Source of the DNA: Promethearchaeota archaeon
GTDB taxonomy: Archaea; Asgardarchaeota; Lokiarchaeia; Sigyniarchaeales; SOKP01
Reading direction: 5' to 3'
DNA: 64,000 nt
NCBI GenBank assembly: GCA_019057865.1
Contig: JAHLWP010000001.1
Location: forward strand, 178,668-242,667
Under the pieces are notes generated by a model. That model searched no databases and was not told where the DNA came from. It saw only the letters and a list, made by a program, of their open reading frames with translations. Numbering within the stretch: the stretch's first letter is position 1; the number at the start of each line of letters is the position of its first letter. A program made the translations under genes and the position numbers. This document shows, piece after piece, positions 49,945-61,367 of the stretch.

Positions 49945-52900
49945 ATGATAAATAAAAATAATAAAAGAAAGAAGGAAGAGAAAATGAGTAATATTATTCC
50001 AAAACAATATCAAAACGACGCTAAAATTATTGGAGAGCAAGAAAATTCTCATGATTATTTAGATATTTGGGATGTGAATCCTTCATATAAGGATATTAAT
50101 TCGAGATTTTCCATACTTAAAGGAATATCATTAACAATTATTCTTTTTTTTTTAGCTATTTTAACATATCAATTAACTACTAATATTTATATTTCAATCG
50201 GATTAACAATTTTTACATTGCTCTTTTTCATATTTTGTTTCTCTGATAATTTCTTTAATCTCAGAAATTTATACTATTATCTATTCCATAAATTTATTTC
50301 TATAAATCCTTTTGAGAATTTATCTTTTTGCACAATTAGACAGGAACCTACTTTTCTTTTAATTTTAAACAAAAAGGATGCCATATCTACAGCAATGCGA
50401 ATATTCAAAATTGAAACACTTCCAGAAAATGTTTATCCCACGTTGAATCAATTTCTCAAGGCATTAAATAAAGGTCAAATATCATATACATACCAAGTGG
50501 TTCAAAGTCCGTATTTAGATTTCTCTGAACCATCCTCTGAAAATAAATTTCAAGTGGAATCAATTAGATCTCAAAATTTAAGTTCTATTGATTCATTACA
50601 TACCTCAATTTATTTTTGTGTGTATTATAATATAAATGGGATTTTATCTAGCAATAAAATAGATAAACTAATAGAAATTGTTACTGATCTTTCTAATGAA
50701 TTCAAATCAAATTTTAGTGCAAACTTTCACCATACAAAAATCTCATTATTAGATGGAATTGATTTAATAAATGCAATAAGAACATTCTTCTGTAAATCAT
50801 CCATACAACCTGCCGATAAAGAGGAAGATCTTTTTATAGCTAAAAGAAATTTGCCTATAGTATTATTCAAAACAGGATTTGTTGCTTTTCTTATAATAAC
50901 GCTCTCATATTTATTATTAAGTCTAACTTTTCCATTAGGATACATTATACTCATTAATTTTCTAATGGAATTGCTTATAATCTTTATTTGGTGGAGAGAA
51001 ATTCTTTATTATTTTTCGAAATCGCGGTTATCACATAATATGGAAATAACTCAAATAAATCCATTTCAAGACGTTGAGTTCTATCGATTAAAGAAATTTA
51101 ATGATTTAATTTTTACATATGTTGACAACCAATTACTATTGGCTTCTAAAATATTTAACCTCAAATTTGCCGCTCAGCCAACTTTAACATATTTTGATAA
51201 ATTTATAAGGGGAATTGATAAATATAAGATTTCTTTTAATTACAATTTACAAGTTATCCCTATATCTGCTAATCTCTTTTCAAAAGAATGTCTTAAATTA
51301 TTGAACGATAAAACAGAAGAAAGCCTTGAAGGAATATTATATACTACTCTAGATAAAGCTTCTTCAAAAAAAGTTAAGCATCCAGAAGTTGAATTTGAAA
51401 AATGGTTAGATATGAGATCTGGTATTTGGAATACAATGTTAACGATATCAACTTCTTCCTATTTATTTACAAACGATTTAACATATAAAAATTTCAATGA
51501 ATTAGAAAACCAGTTATCCACAAATGCAAAAATTTTAAAAAGAACATTTGAAGATAATTTCTTAAATTATAAGCTTGTTGGATTAAAAAACCAACTCTTA
51601 ATTTCAGGATTTTTAAGCGAATGTCTTAAAAATCATAACTATAGATTGAATGGATCTCATTTAAATTATGTGTACTTCCAAGGTAAAAGTCTAATAGAGC
51701 TTGCGAAGATAGTTAATGAATTTAAAAAGGGAATAGATACGAGAATTGCTGCTGAATTCAATACACCTTTACAATTAAATAATTTCATAACAATTGGAAA
51801 TACAATCAATACGGAGTTCTTAGATGAAGAAGTTCCTTTTGGATTGACTTTTGACCAATTGCAACAATTACTTATAACAAATGGTTTTTCTTACAGTCGA
51901 GAACAAGCAAAAATGAAAATTGTGACTGAGCTTGTCAAAGCAAATAAATCCTGTTTAATTTTTGATTATTCAGGAAAGTGGTCAAAATTAATTAATTTTT
52001 TCAAAGATTCTCAATATAATGGAAATATTTTACATTTCAAGTTGGGAAGTTCATTTAGCATCGATCTAAAGCACTCGGGTATGAAATATGATAAAAATAA
52101 TATTGATTATTTAAATTTATTCTTTGATACGTTTGCTTTAGCCTTTAAAGCAGAAAAAAGATATGTCGATCTTCTAAAAGACTCTTTTTTAAGACAGGAT
52201 GAGTTTGATGTATCATCAATTTCCTTAGATCTTGAAATGAAAAATAAATGGGAAAGAGATTACAAAACTAATAATTTAATAGCAATATTTAGGGATTTTA
52301 GAAATCAGAGTCAAATTTTTTCTAATTTAACACTTGATCATGAGGATGAGATTAATCCAATTGACTTTTTGAGAAATGATAAGTCAATTATTATCGATCT
52401 TTCAATATTAAAAGACTTAGAGCAAAAAACTTTTGTTACATTTGTAATTATTTCAAAACTAATTCATTACATCCAAAATTCTACTGATTATTATAAATAA
52501 GTCATTTTTATTCCTAATATTGATATGTTTTTTGATTCTTTTTTTATTGATAATAACTATAATACCACAAATTACGGTAAAATAAGCAAATTTTTAGAGC
52601 CCTTCCTTGAATGTGGATTTGGGTTAATTTGCTCAGCAAATCAAATCAGATATCTTCATCCTAATGTCTTCAGTTTTTTACATAATATCATAACTTTTAA
52701 AGCAACTGATACACGAGATATAGCTGTATTGAAAAATCAAATGAATTTACAAGAATTACAGGGTACCGGATATTATAGCTCTAAAAGGAATAATACTTAC
52801 CAAATTAATTATTTAATGAATATGCGTGAAAATGAAGTAATAATTAAAAGATCAGATATTTATCAACCTTTTCCAGGAGTTGTTGACTTGAACGAACTTA

Positions 52901-53832
52901 AAGGTATTGAGCCTCTTCAATATGAAAAAATTTTAATTTATATGGAAAAACAAGGGTATAAATTAAAATTAGCTGAAAGAAGAATAACAGAGAAAGCTAA
53001 AAAAACCCTATTTGAAAAAGATTTAGGTCTGTATATTGACTTTATTGATGAGATTATCAACTTTCTAAATGCTGTGAAAACTGTTGATAAAGTAGGAGGA
53101 TTATACCGCCAAAAACTTAAAAGTGAACTTTCAAAGTTCATAGCTTCAAAAGCTTCTAAAAAAGTAAAAAATAAAAAGCAGATAAGCGAATTACGAGATG
53201 ATTTGTTCCATATTCTTGTTAAACACGGATATTTAATTGAAACTCATCCTAACAAAGCAGGTGGTTCAGAATCCATTAGGACTTGTTATGAAGTGGGATC
53301 AAAATACAATGAAGCTTTGAATGATTACTTTCAAACAGAAGGAGATTATTTACCCAATGTTTCTGTGGATATTATTGAGGGAAATTCTGATTCAGATTCA
53401 AATATTCTTGATTATTTTCGGAAAGAAACCAAGAAGGAAATTATAAATCAAGAAAAGTTCGATGAGATATTACTTGAACAATGTAGTAAAATGTTATGGA
53501 AATTATATCAAATGTATTCTGCTAATAACAAAAACGAATTTGAAAAATCTCTTAAAATTGGAGAAAATTTCATTAAAGACTTCTTAATAAATCTACATCA
53601 ATCTTATCTCCTAAAAAATGATATTTCTATACCTGAGATTAATGATCCTGAAATATTTTTTAATCATTTAGCCAAAAATAATCTATTTCCTTTAACTAAA
53701 GATGAACTTAGAGAATATTTTAAAAAATCCAAAGAAATTATATCAAATACCACTGATATTGAAAAAACTGCTAAAAATCTTCATGATTTATTATTTGAAT
53801 TTTATACTAAATTTCAATCCTATATAAGCTAA
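49945..53832 (+). pseudogene. Large membrane HerA/VirB4-like (pseudo)ATPase interrupted by one in-frame TAA (52498-52500)
   Basis: ORFs 49945-52500 and 52525-53832 are in frame: DYYK*VIFIPNIDMFF. Two TM pairs, then HerA-like landmarks LLITNG (degenerate Walker A), CLIFDYSGKW, SIIIDLS, GFGLICSANQ and NEVIIKR...PF. Confidence 0.65.
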
Positions 53833-53967
53833 TATATATTTACTTTATTCTCTGTTAATTATAGTCATTTTTAAAATAATTTATAATTTTAAGCTTAATT
53901 TGAATGTTGAAAATAAAAAATTTCAGTTTAGCAGGATATAACGATTTATTATTTGAAAGTTCCTCGG

Positions 53968-54474
53968 TTATTTTCCCCATAAAGTTAATGTTATTGGTCT
54001 TTTTTTTGGAGTATAAAATATGAGTTCTTTTAGTATTTTAATATCATACTTCTTTGATACTTGGTCAATAATATTTACATAATTCCCATCCTTCGACGGT
54101 TTGTAAGGTGCCAGACACATTATTATCCAAAAATTATCGTTTAATTTCTCTAATCTTTTAAAATCTTTTTTAGCTCCACCTTTTTTTTCAAGATAAAATT
54201 TTAATGATCTCCTATTTATTAAAAATGCTTTTAATTCAATAATCCATGTCTCACCTTGAACTTCTAACACGATATCAGGTCGACCATACCCCTCACACTT
54301 TTTTTTAGTTGAGTTTATGGAGAATTCAGGAAGATTACTTGAGATATTTTTTAATATTTCGGCTTCCAGCCACCCCTCATATCTGGTATCCAGATCGATA
54401 AATATATCGAAATATTCTTTTTTTGTCTCTATATATTCATAAATTTTTGAAAACAAGCTCTTTATATTTGACAT
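53968..54474 (-). CDS. PD-(D/E)XK nuclease-like protein
   Basis: YEGWLEAEI...RPDIVL...IIELK. Confidence 0.7.
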   Translation of the reverse strand: MSNIKSLFSKIYEYIETKKEYFDIFIDLDTRYEGWLEAEILKNISSNLPEFSINSTKKKCEGYGRPDIVLEVQGETWIIELKAFLINRRSLKFYLEKKGGAKKDFKRLEKLNDNFWIIMCLAPYKPSKDGNYVNIIDQVSKKYDIKILKELIFYTPKKRPITLTLWGK

Positions 54475-54760
54475 ATGTTATAAACGGATTTTATATTTAT
54501 ATAACACTTTCGTCAAAAACCATCTTTAAAGTATATATCCTTGATATTTAATTATTAATGGAACTAATACATGCAAATAATTTTTCTTTAAATAGAAAGG
54601 TTAAGACAATAAGATATGAATGATGAATTTTACATTCGTGGAATAAAAGTTCACTTCCACAATTTATATATCATTTATACAGTATTGCCTAATAGGGAAT
54701 TATAAAATTCGGTATTAAGCAATAACACTTAAATATTACCAAATTAAAAACTAAATTAAT

Positions 54761-54806
54761 AACTTTTTTGTCTAAATATTAAAAACTTTTTTGTCTAAAT
54801 AATAAA
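54761..54806. repeat. 23-bp direct tandem repeat upstream of 54829
   Basis: AACTTTTTTGTCTAAATATTAAA / AACTTTTTTGTCTAAATAATAAA (1 mismatch). Confidence 0.8.
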
Positions 54807-54828
54807 ACAACTGTTATAACAGCAAAAA

Positions 54829-55632
54829 TTGAGAAATATGATTTTTGATATCTTTAATTCTCTTATTGAGGGAATTGCTGTTAGCATTATAATAAGTATT
54901 GGAGCATTCTTTCTGGGTAGATTAAAGTCGATTATAAATCAATTGAAGATACGGCGTTTAAAACAATTCTTCGGGAAAAGTGCAAACAATCCAGACCGAA
55001 TTAAAATTAATTTAATAATACCTGTGCTTCATCCACAGGAAGACTTGATAGATGGAAAAGTAATATATCATTATAAGAAACCTTTCGATAATGAAATAAA
55101 AACTTGGTCGGGACCCGAAAATGTTATGGCCGTAGCGGATATCCAAGCAGCTGCAAGTTTGATATCTTTACTTGAACCTTTAACCCCACAATCCATAGAA
55201 CCAATTACAGACGAGGACTCGCTGGATTGTAAGGATGGGTGTCTTATTTGCATTGGTTCACCCCTATCCAATTCAAAAGCAAAGCTTTTGATGAAAGATT
55301 TCGAACCTGTGAGTTGGGTTAAAACACCAAAAGATCCATATAATCAGCGGTTACAATTAAAAAGCGGAAAGGAATTTACTAGTACTCAAACAGAAGATTA
55401 CGGTCTGATATTGAAAATAGAGAATAAGTATAGTGAAGGTGATTTTGCTTTCATTATAGGTGGCATTACTCACTTCGGCACGACAGGGGCAGCACGTTAT
55501 TTGAAGAAAAACTGGAAAAAATTAAATAATAAAGCTGATAGAAATCCTTTTATTTGCGTGATTCAGGTAGATAAGGAAAACATGGAGCCCACAAAGGAAG
55601 TTTATTTTGAGACAATAGAAAAGAGCTTTTGA
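54829..55632 (+). CDS. N-terminally membrane-anchored alpha/beta domain protein
   Basis: One N-terminal TM helix; LICIGSPLSN, DYGLILK, FIIGGITHFGTTGAARYL. GC is higher than in host genes. Confidence 0.65.
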   Translation: MRNMIFDIFNSLIEGIAVSIIISIGAFFLGRLKSIINQLKIRRLKQFFGKSANNPDRIKINLIIPVLHPQEDLIDGKVIYHYKKPFDNEIKTWSGPENVMAVADIQAAASLISLLEPLTPQSIEPITDEDSLDCKDGCLICIGSPLSNSKAKLLMKDFEPVSWVKTPKDPYNQRLQLKSGKEFTSTQTEDYGLILKIENKYSEGDFAFIIGGITHFGTTGAARYLKKNWKKLNNKADRNPFICVIQVDKENMEPTKEVYFETIEKSF

Positions 55633-55985
55633 AGAAGTTATTGGCAGCAAATTCGGATATTATAGGCGCAGCAATTGTATCATTAGAAGGTATACCTATT
55701 GCGTCTACTCTTCCCCAAGATATAGATGAGATATTATTTGCCGGAATGTGCACTGCAATACAAAGCATTTCAAAACAAGCTGTTAAAGAACTTCATAGAG
55801 GGCAACTGAAACGCATTTTAATAGAGGGGGTAAATGAATTAATTATAGTATCTAAAGCTGGAGAAAATGCTATATTAGTAGTTGCTACAACAAATGATGC
55901 AAATTTAAATTCAATACCATTTAGTCTATTTAAAGACCATACTGATTCATCTAAAGATAAAGGAGCTCCTGAAATTATTCTCTAA
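55629..55985 (+). CDS. Roadblock/LC7 (MglB-like) protein
   Basis: GAAIVSLEGIPIASTLP...AVKELHRGQLKRILIEG...AGENAILVV. TTG start overlaps the upstream TGA. Confidence 0.9.
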   Translation: MKKLLAANSDIIGAAIVSLEGIPIASTLPQDIDEILFAGMCTAIQSISKQAVKELHRGQLKRILIEGVNELIIVSKAGENAILVVATTNDANLNSIPFSLFKDHTDSSKDKGAPEIIL

Positions 55986-56231
55986 TCAAATAAGAATTCG
56001 TACCTCATAATAAATACGTTTTTGGACGAGGTTTACTTTTAAAAAAAAAGGTGTTAAAGTTAAAAAAGAAGACCAAATTAATTTACTAGGTTTGAATAAT
56101 ATTTACCATAAAGAAAAAGATAGTAAGTATGATTTCTCACATTCTTTATTTAACCTACCTATAGAGCCTAATTTAAAATGGTTACAAAAATGGAAAAATT
56201 TTATAAATATTTGATAATATAAATAGTAAAA

Positions 56232-56801
56232 ATGACTTTTAAAGAAGATTTGGGTAAAAAACTTCTAGATATCCATAAAGAGGAGCTAAATCACATATAT
56301 TCAGTGAAATCAGGTTTAGAATCCAAAGCAGATAATTATATTAAGCTAGCAGGTATAATCTTGGGACTCTTCAGCACAATATCTACGATCTTTTTCATTT
56401 CAAGTGATAAAATTAGTGAACCAATTATCACAATCCCTTTAGGAATTTATTTTTTTGTAGCATTTGTGACCATTGTTTTCATGATTAAGACTATTAAAAG
56501 TGCTGTAAACGTGTTTAAAACTATGGAATATTTCCGACCTGCATATATAGGAACCTTTTTTAATGATGAAATTCTCGTAACCACTGAAAACGTTAAGGAA
56601 GTCTTAAATAAAGATAATGAGACAATCATCAGCACTCTGATATCTACTTATTCCATTTCTATTGAAATGAATAAAAAAAATAATAGAACACTAAAAGATT
56701 ATATTAAAAATTGCTATACTGATTTCAAGATGGGTTTAAGATTCTTCATGATATCAATAGCGTTATTAGTAATAATTGGAATTATAATGAATTTTTCTTA
56801 A
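56232..56801 (+). CDS. 3-TM membrane protein, PycTM/SLATT-like effector architecture
   Basis: LESKA followed by 2 TM helices, a soluble loop containing FRP, a helix and a C-terminal TM. The family assignment is inferred. Confidence 0.5.
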   Translation: MTFKEDLGKKLLDIHKEELNHIYSVKSGLESKADNYIKLAGIILGLFSTISTIFFISSDKISEPIITIPLGIYFFVAFVTIVFMIKTIKSAVNVFKTMEYFRPAYIGTFFNDEILVTTENVKEVLNKDNETIISTLISTYSISIEMNKKNNRTLKDYIKNCYTDFKMGLRFFMISIALLVIIGIIMNFS

Positions 56802-56817
56802 GTCTAGTAGGTATATT

Positions 56818-57033
56818 ATGATGGGTTATGACTGTGATATTGAAAATGAGGAACATGATGGAAATACCATTATTAATGAATGTCGAATTTGTGCGAAATC
56901 TTTATGTGAAGTTTGTGGATATATAGATTTTAAAATTCATAGATTTCATGTATCGCCAGAAGAATTAGAGGCTATAAAGGAGGAAACACTTTTAATTGAA
57001 GACCTAATTCTATCAAAAAAAGATAAAATATGA
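56818..57033 (+). CDS. Small Cys-rich (B-box/zinc-finger-like) protein, possibly a fragment
   Basis: CRICAKSLCEVCG. Confidence 0.4.
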   Translation: MMGYDCDIENEEHDGNTIINECRICAKSLCEVCGYIDFKIHRFHVSPEELEAIKEETLLIEDLILSKKDKI

Positions 57034-57143
57034 AATTATTGCATTGAGATAAATAGATATGATTGTCTAAAATGATCAAAGAATAATTATCTATCAGTGA
57101 TTAAATACATATCTATCTTCGGTGATCGGTAGGAGCCATGATT

Positions 57144-58373
57144 TCAAGCCTCGCATAAGGGAGGATCTTTACCTTTAAAATAAGCAAGATGTTCAAAATC
57201 AAATAATTCACTTCTCTGTGCCTCAGAACGCTTTATAGGTTCAAATCTCATTAGCGGATGGTGAACTTTCAACATCATTAAGACGGGATTATTCTGAACA
57301 TCTCGCACAGCAAAAAAATAGTAATCAGTACCGTTGTGATGATTGAATACTTGGTTAGCATTACCGAGAAGGATTTGAACGATATTATTCTGAGTATCTT
57401 TTACCTTTTCTTTTGCTTCGAGTAGTCCTAATTCTCGCATAACTTCTTTTAAAAGGTCAGAAGATCGAACTAAGCTGACAAATCCATCAATATTTAATTG
57501 CTCAAAGATCCTTCTTTTTACTTGAAATTGGATGGTGCTCATTCTAATCCCAAGCCTGTTACAGATTGAGAATATATTAACAACTTCATTGTAAGAACAC
57601 AAAGCAGAAATAGATGTTACTAATCCTGCAATGACATCGTCTTTAGTATTTTTAATTTGCTCCCATAGTTTATGCATAATTTTTTTAGATTGGTAGAAGA
57701 AGGGCATTCCTAATTCGAACGATTCGGTAATTTCGAGTATTTTGTGGGTAATGTATTCTTGCCTATTTCGCTCCTGATATTCAGGGATAAATTTTAAAAC
57801 TTGTAATAAGAAATCATTAAATTCTTTCTTTGAGATCTTTGAGACTTCTAATAATTTTAATCGCCTAATGCAAATATTCTCAAGCCTTAAAGTGTAGTAG
57901 AGTACAATAGGGACTAATTTTTCGATATTTCTATACTTTGTTCCAGGTCGTAATTGCTTCCATATATTCTTAACCCTCTTAAATACAATTCTTTGATATG
58001 ATCTGGGTAAATTCAAGCAATTAAATATCCTTTTTATCTCAATTTTGACTTTTTCTTGAATTGTTTTAAACCTATCTTTTATTGAATGAATCAAGTTCAA
58101 ATATTCAAGCTTCACAGAATTGGGAGATTTTTGCCGTTCTCCTTTGGTCCCTATTTGAGTCGTTCCTAAGATGGCATATTGAAGGATATCGTCATTATAA
58201 TGTCGATCATATTGTAGTTTTTGTATTTCTAAGACAATTCCACAATCTCCACAGACATAACCCTCAATAGTTTCTTGGATATTAGCAGAACTGCATAGAT
58301 CACATGAAACCGAAGAGAAATGTGGGGAAATGGAACTTGAAATATTGTTATTAATCACCATTTTTTTGATCAC
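57144..58373 (-). CDS. Divergent TFIIB/TFB-like protein (zinc ribbon + cyclin-fold repeats + C-terminal extension)
   Basis: CDLC...GYVCGDCGIV; EIKRIFNCLNLP; repeat 2 ending ICNRLGIRMSTI. Confidence 0.7.
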   Translation of the reverse strand: MIKKMVINNNISSSISPHFSSVSCDLCSSANIQETIEGYVCGDCGIVLEIQKLQYDRHYNDDILQYAILGTTQIGTKGERQKSPNSVKLEYLNLIHSIKDRFKTIQEKVKIEIKRIFNCLNLPRSYQRIVFKRVKNIWKQLRPGTKYRNIEKLVPIVLYYTLRLENICIRRLKLLEVSKISKKEFNDFLLQVLKFIPEYQERNRQEYITHKILEITESFELGMPFFYQSKKIMHKLWEQIKNTKDDVIAGLVTSISALCSYNEVVNIFSICNRLGIRMSTIQFQVKRRIFEQLNIDGFVSLVRSSDLLKEVMRELGLLEAKEKVKDTQNNIVQILLGNANQVFNHHNGTDYYFFAVRDVQNNPVLMMLKVHHPLMRFEPIKRSEAQRSELFDFEHLAYFKGKDPPLCEA

Positions 58374-58443
58374 TATTTTTATTACTAAGAAATAGTTGGG
58401 AAGGAGTTTGCTTTTTAAATGTTTCTTTTAAAAATTCAATATC

Positions 58444-58464
58444 TGAGAAGAAGCCCTCTTCTCA
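58444..58464. promoter_or_regulatory. Perfect 8-bp inverted repeat upstream of the TFB-like gene
   Basis: TGAGAAGA-AGCCC-TCTTCTCA. Confidence 0.35.
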
Positions 58465-58828
58465 AGTTTTACAAGATTGGATTCTACAAAATTGTATAAG
58501 AATTCACTCGAGAAATTATTTTGGATAGCACTTAATTTCAATAACTTCTTGGAAAATTGAGTAAAGATCAATTATGTTAAAATGCGTCTCAGTTTAAGTT
58601 ACAAAATTAATATTATATTATCGATTTTTAGGATTTGGCATAATAGATAAAAATCTAATTTTTACTAAAATTTTTTTTTATTTATATATATTGAAGTTAT
58701 ATTTTTAAGATAAATTAAAAAAGGAAGGATTATATCAAGAGCGTTTCAATTTTGTTAAAAGTCAATTTAGAAAATTTGATTTTAAACATGATAATTACGA
58801 AGAGCATAAATACAAATCCCACTAATCT

Positions 58829-60208
58829 TTGTTCATGTCATACGATCCTTATCAAAACATATATTATTATTACAGAGGTCCAAAAGCTAAAGAGTCAGCA
58901 GAGAAGGATACAGTTGATGATATACAATTAGAGAATAACACCACAAAAGCATTAATCAATACATTAAGACATTGCAGCTCAGATATTTGCCAAGATTTCC
59001 TAACCAAAATGTTTAAATGTCCAATTGGGAATTCTGACTTGCATTATCTATTACAAACTCAAACCATTGGAGAACAAAAGATAAAAATACGTTTAAATAG
59101 AATTCTTTGGGTAATATGTTCCAGAGCTAAATGTCCTAAAGAAATTGTATTACCCGAAAAAATAAGTTTATCCATCACTGAGAAAAGCTTACCTGATGCA
59201 TGGATTTGGAATAATAATACTGTTATTCTAATAGAAAGTAAAACCAATGCAGCATTGGATAAAGATCAATTGATAAAACATAGAGAATTATTAATTTCTA
59301 ATTCTATTCTAAAGGTATCTCATTGGGAGGAGATCCACAGCTATTTTATAGAATTAATAAAAACAAATACAAATATATCAGATAAGGATAAATTTTTATT
59401 ACAACAATTTTCAAAATATTTAGAGTTGGTATCATTGAGCAGTTTTAACGGATGGAATGATGAAGATTTTGAATTTTTTCACCTATATGAAAGAGATAAT
59501 GTTGAAACAGAGAGAATAAGATCTAAAATGAAGATATTTGCTTCAGAAGTATTAGATAATATGAATTTATCTAGGGTTTTGGTAGATAAAGGTCTAGGAA
59601 AGTTAAAATATCCTCTTCAGAATATTTGGTATAAAATTGATTTAAAGGATTCTAAATATTTTATTAAACCTAATGTACCATACGTAAACTTCACTTTAGA
59701 ATTATTCCCGGATGCATTCCAAGTGACTATTGTATTTCCTAATTTCAGTTCAATTAAAAAACTAAGGAATGTACTAAATTCTAAAAGAGACGGCTTAATC
59801 CATAAATTCAAGGATACATTGGAACAAGATATATTAAAACTTACCGATCGAGATATCCTATCTGAATTAGCTGAGAGCAAAAAAACTAATATTTTAAAAA
59901 TTCCCACATTTAAAATAAAAATATATAGCCATTTATCCATTATAAGAGAAAATAGGAGATGGATTCCTAGAAATGAGTTTACATTGGATCTTTATACAAT
60001 AGAAGATGCATATTGGTTTGATTTGTTAAAGAATTTTATTAATTTATATCATCCTGCTAAAGGAAGGAAGAAACATTGGGGGGCAGGCTTACATATTTTA
60101 AAGCAATATAAAAGAGGCTGTGAACTACTTTCTCAACCAAATGAACTTATTGCAGACATTCAAGATACTCTTCAAAAATTCATAAATTTTGTAGAAGCGC
60201 TTCTCTAA
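58829..60208 (+). CDS. PD-(D/E)XK nuclease with large C-terminal domain
   Basis: QLENNTTKAL, LPDAWI, LIESK, DQL..H, HWEEI. Confidence 0.75.
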   Translation: MFMSYDPYQNIYYYYRGPKAKESAEKDTVDDIQLENNTTKALINTLRHCSSDICQDFLTKMFKCPIGNSDLHYLLQTQTIGEQKIKIRLNRILWVICSRAKCPKEIVLPEKISLSITEKSLPDAWIWNNNTVILIESKTNAALDKDQLIKHRELLISNSILKVSHWEEIHSYFIELIKTNTNISDKDKFLLQQFSKYLELVSLSSFNGWNDEDFEFFHLYERDNVETERIRSKMKIFASEVLDNMNLSRVLVDKGLGKLKYPLQNIWYKIDLKDSKYFIKPNVPYVNFTLELFPDAFQVTIVFPNFSSIKKLRNVLNSKRDGLIHKFKDTLEQDILKLTDRDILSELAESKKTNILKIPTFKIKIYSHLSIIRENRRWIPRNEFTLDLYTIEDAYWFDLLKNFINLYHPAKGRKKHWGAGLHILKQYKRGCELLSQPNELIADIQDTLQKFINFVEALL

Positions 60209-60528
60209 TTTAGAATAATGAAATTTCGTGAAATTTTCATACTCTATTAATTTTTATCATTAAATTCTTCAGATTTTTACTCTGATTTCACTAATTTGAT
60301 AATAACTCAAAAAAACCTATTAATTATAAAAATATGTGCTGTTTTGGAAATAATATAAATTAATTAAAATGTGAAAATAACTTCTTCTTATTTCATGAAA
60401 AATTAATGAATAGAAGGTTTATGATTCATTTAACATGTCTAACGATAAAAGTGACAGTCAGTAATCATTTAAAGTATAATAAATAATATTTAATATCAGA
60501 AGATAAATGTTCATTTTTTAAAAAAAAT

Positions 60529-61164
60529 ATGAAAATACCTACTAAACAAAATATTGAATCTGCTACAAAATTAAAGAGTCTTATATTAGATTGGACCCTA
60601 TTATATAATCTGTTCATTCAAGAATTTGAAAAACATCATGATAATTATGACATTCATATTATAGGTTATAAAATAGAATTGGTTGATAAGTTATATAATT
60701 GTAATTTACGCCAAAATAATAGAGAAATTGCTAATGAACTTGTGAAGTTCGATCTCGATTTAAGATTAGCAAAGGAAACTCCTGAAGTTATAGTACAAGA
60801 AATTGCAGATATCCAAATTTCAAAATATAAAAAATATAAGAAAGTGGGGTATGTGTTTGCAAGTAAATATTGCCACTTTCATTATCCTTCAAGATTTCCT
60901 ATATTTGATCATTTTGTACGAAAAGAATTATCCAAACTCACTGGAGCTACCTATGGTGATAATGAATATAGTAAATTCAAAGCCAATTTAGATGAATTAA
61001 TATTAAAATTAGATTTTGACATTACTTATACGGATATCGATACTTACTTATGGTTATATGGTCAATGGAAAATATACCAACAGAAAGGAGAAGGATGGTA
61101 TTTCTCTAATGAATTCAGATATTTACTAAAAAATCATATTACATTACTCAAAAAATTAGAATGA
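60529..61164 (+). CDS. HhH-superfamily DNA glycosylase-like protein
   Basis: FASKYCHFHYPSRFPIFDHFV and YTDIDTYLW. The superfamily assignment is inferred from the motif. Confidence 0.55.
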   Translation: MKIPTKQNIESATKLKSLILDWTLLYNLFIQEFEKHHDNYDIHIIGYKIELVDKLYNCNLRQNNREIANELVKFDLDLRLAKETPEVIVQEIADIQISKYKKYKKVGYVFASKYCHFHYPSRFPIFDHFVRKELSKLTGATYGDNEYSKFKANLDELILKLDFDITYTDIDTYLWLYGQWKIYQQKGEGWYFSNEFRYLLKNHITLLKKLE

Positions 61165-61367
61165 TAACGACAAAAAACCAATCAATTAAAATTCAATTGA
61201 AAATAAAACATATAATTGGAGATACATACCCGCATTGATTTCTAAAGGAAAATAAACAGTTAATGGCGCTTCAGGTATTGACTAAACTATAATAAATTTT
61301 TCTGTTTTTTCTAAAACTTCTTTTATTTTATATTATGAAATTAAAAGTATAAGTAAGTGATAATATT

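Noticed and set aside
2699-60991. Numerous short ORFs overlapping longer genes (e.g. 2699, 8023, 11372, 21812, 22404, 28757, 36012, 42175, 44023, 55071, 59617, 60803)
   Set aside because: They are antisense or alternate-frame shadows of well-supported genes and have no motifs.
61190-61290. Short minus-strand coding-like relic (SIPEAPLTVYFPLEINAGMYLQLYVLF)
   Set aside because: It is too short and has no start, so no family can be assigned.
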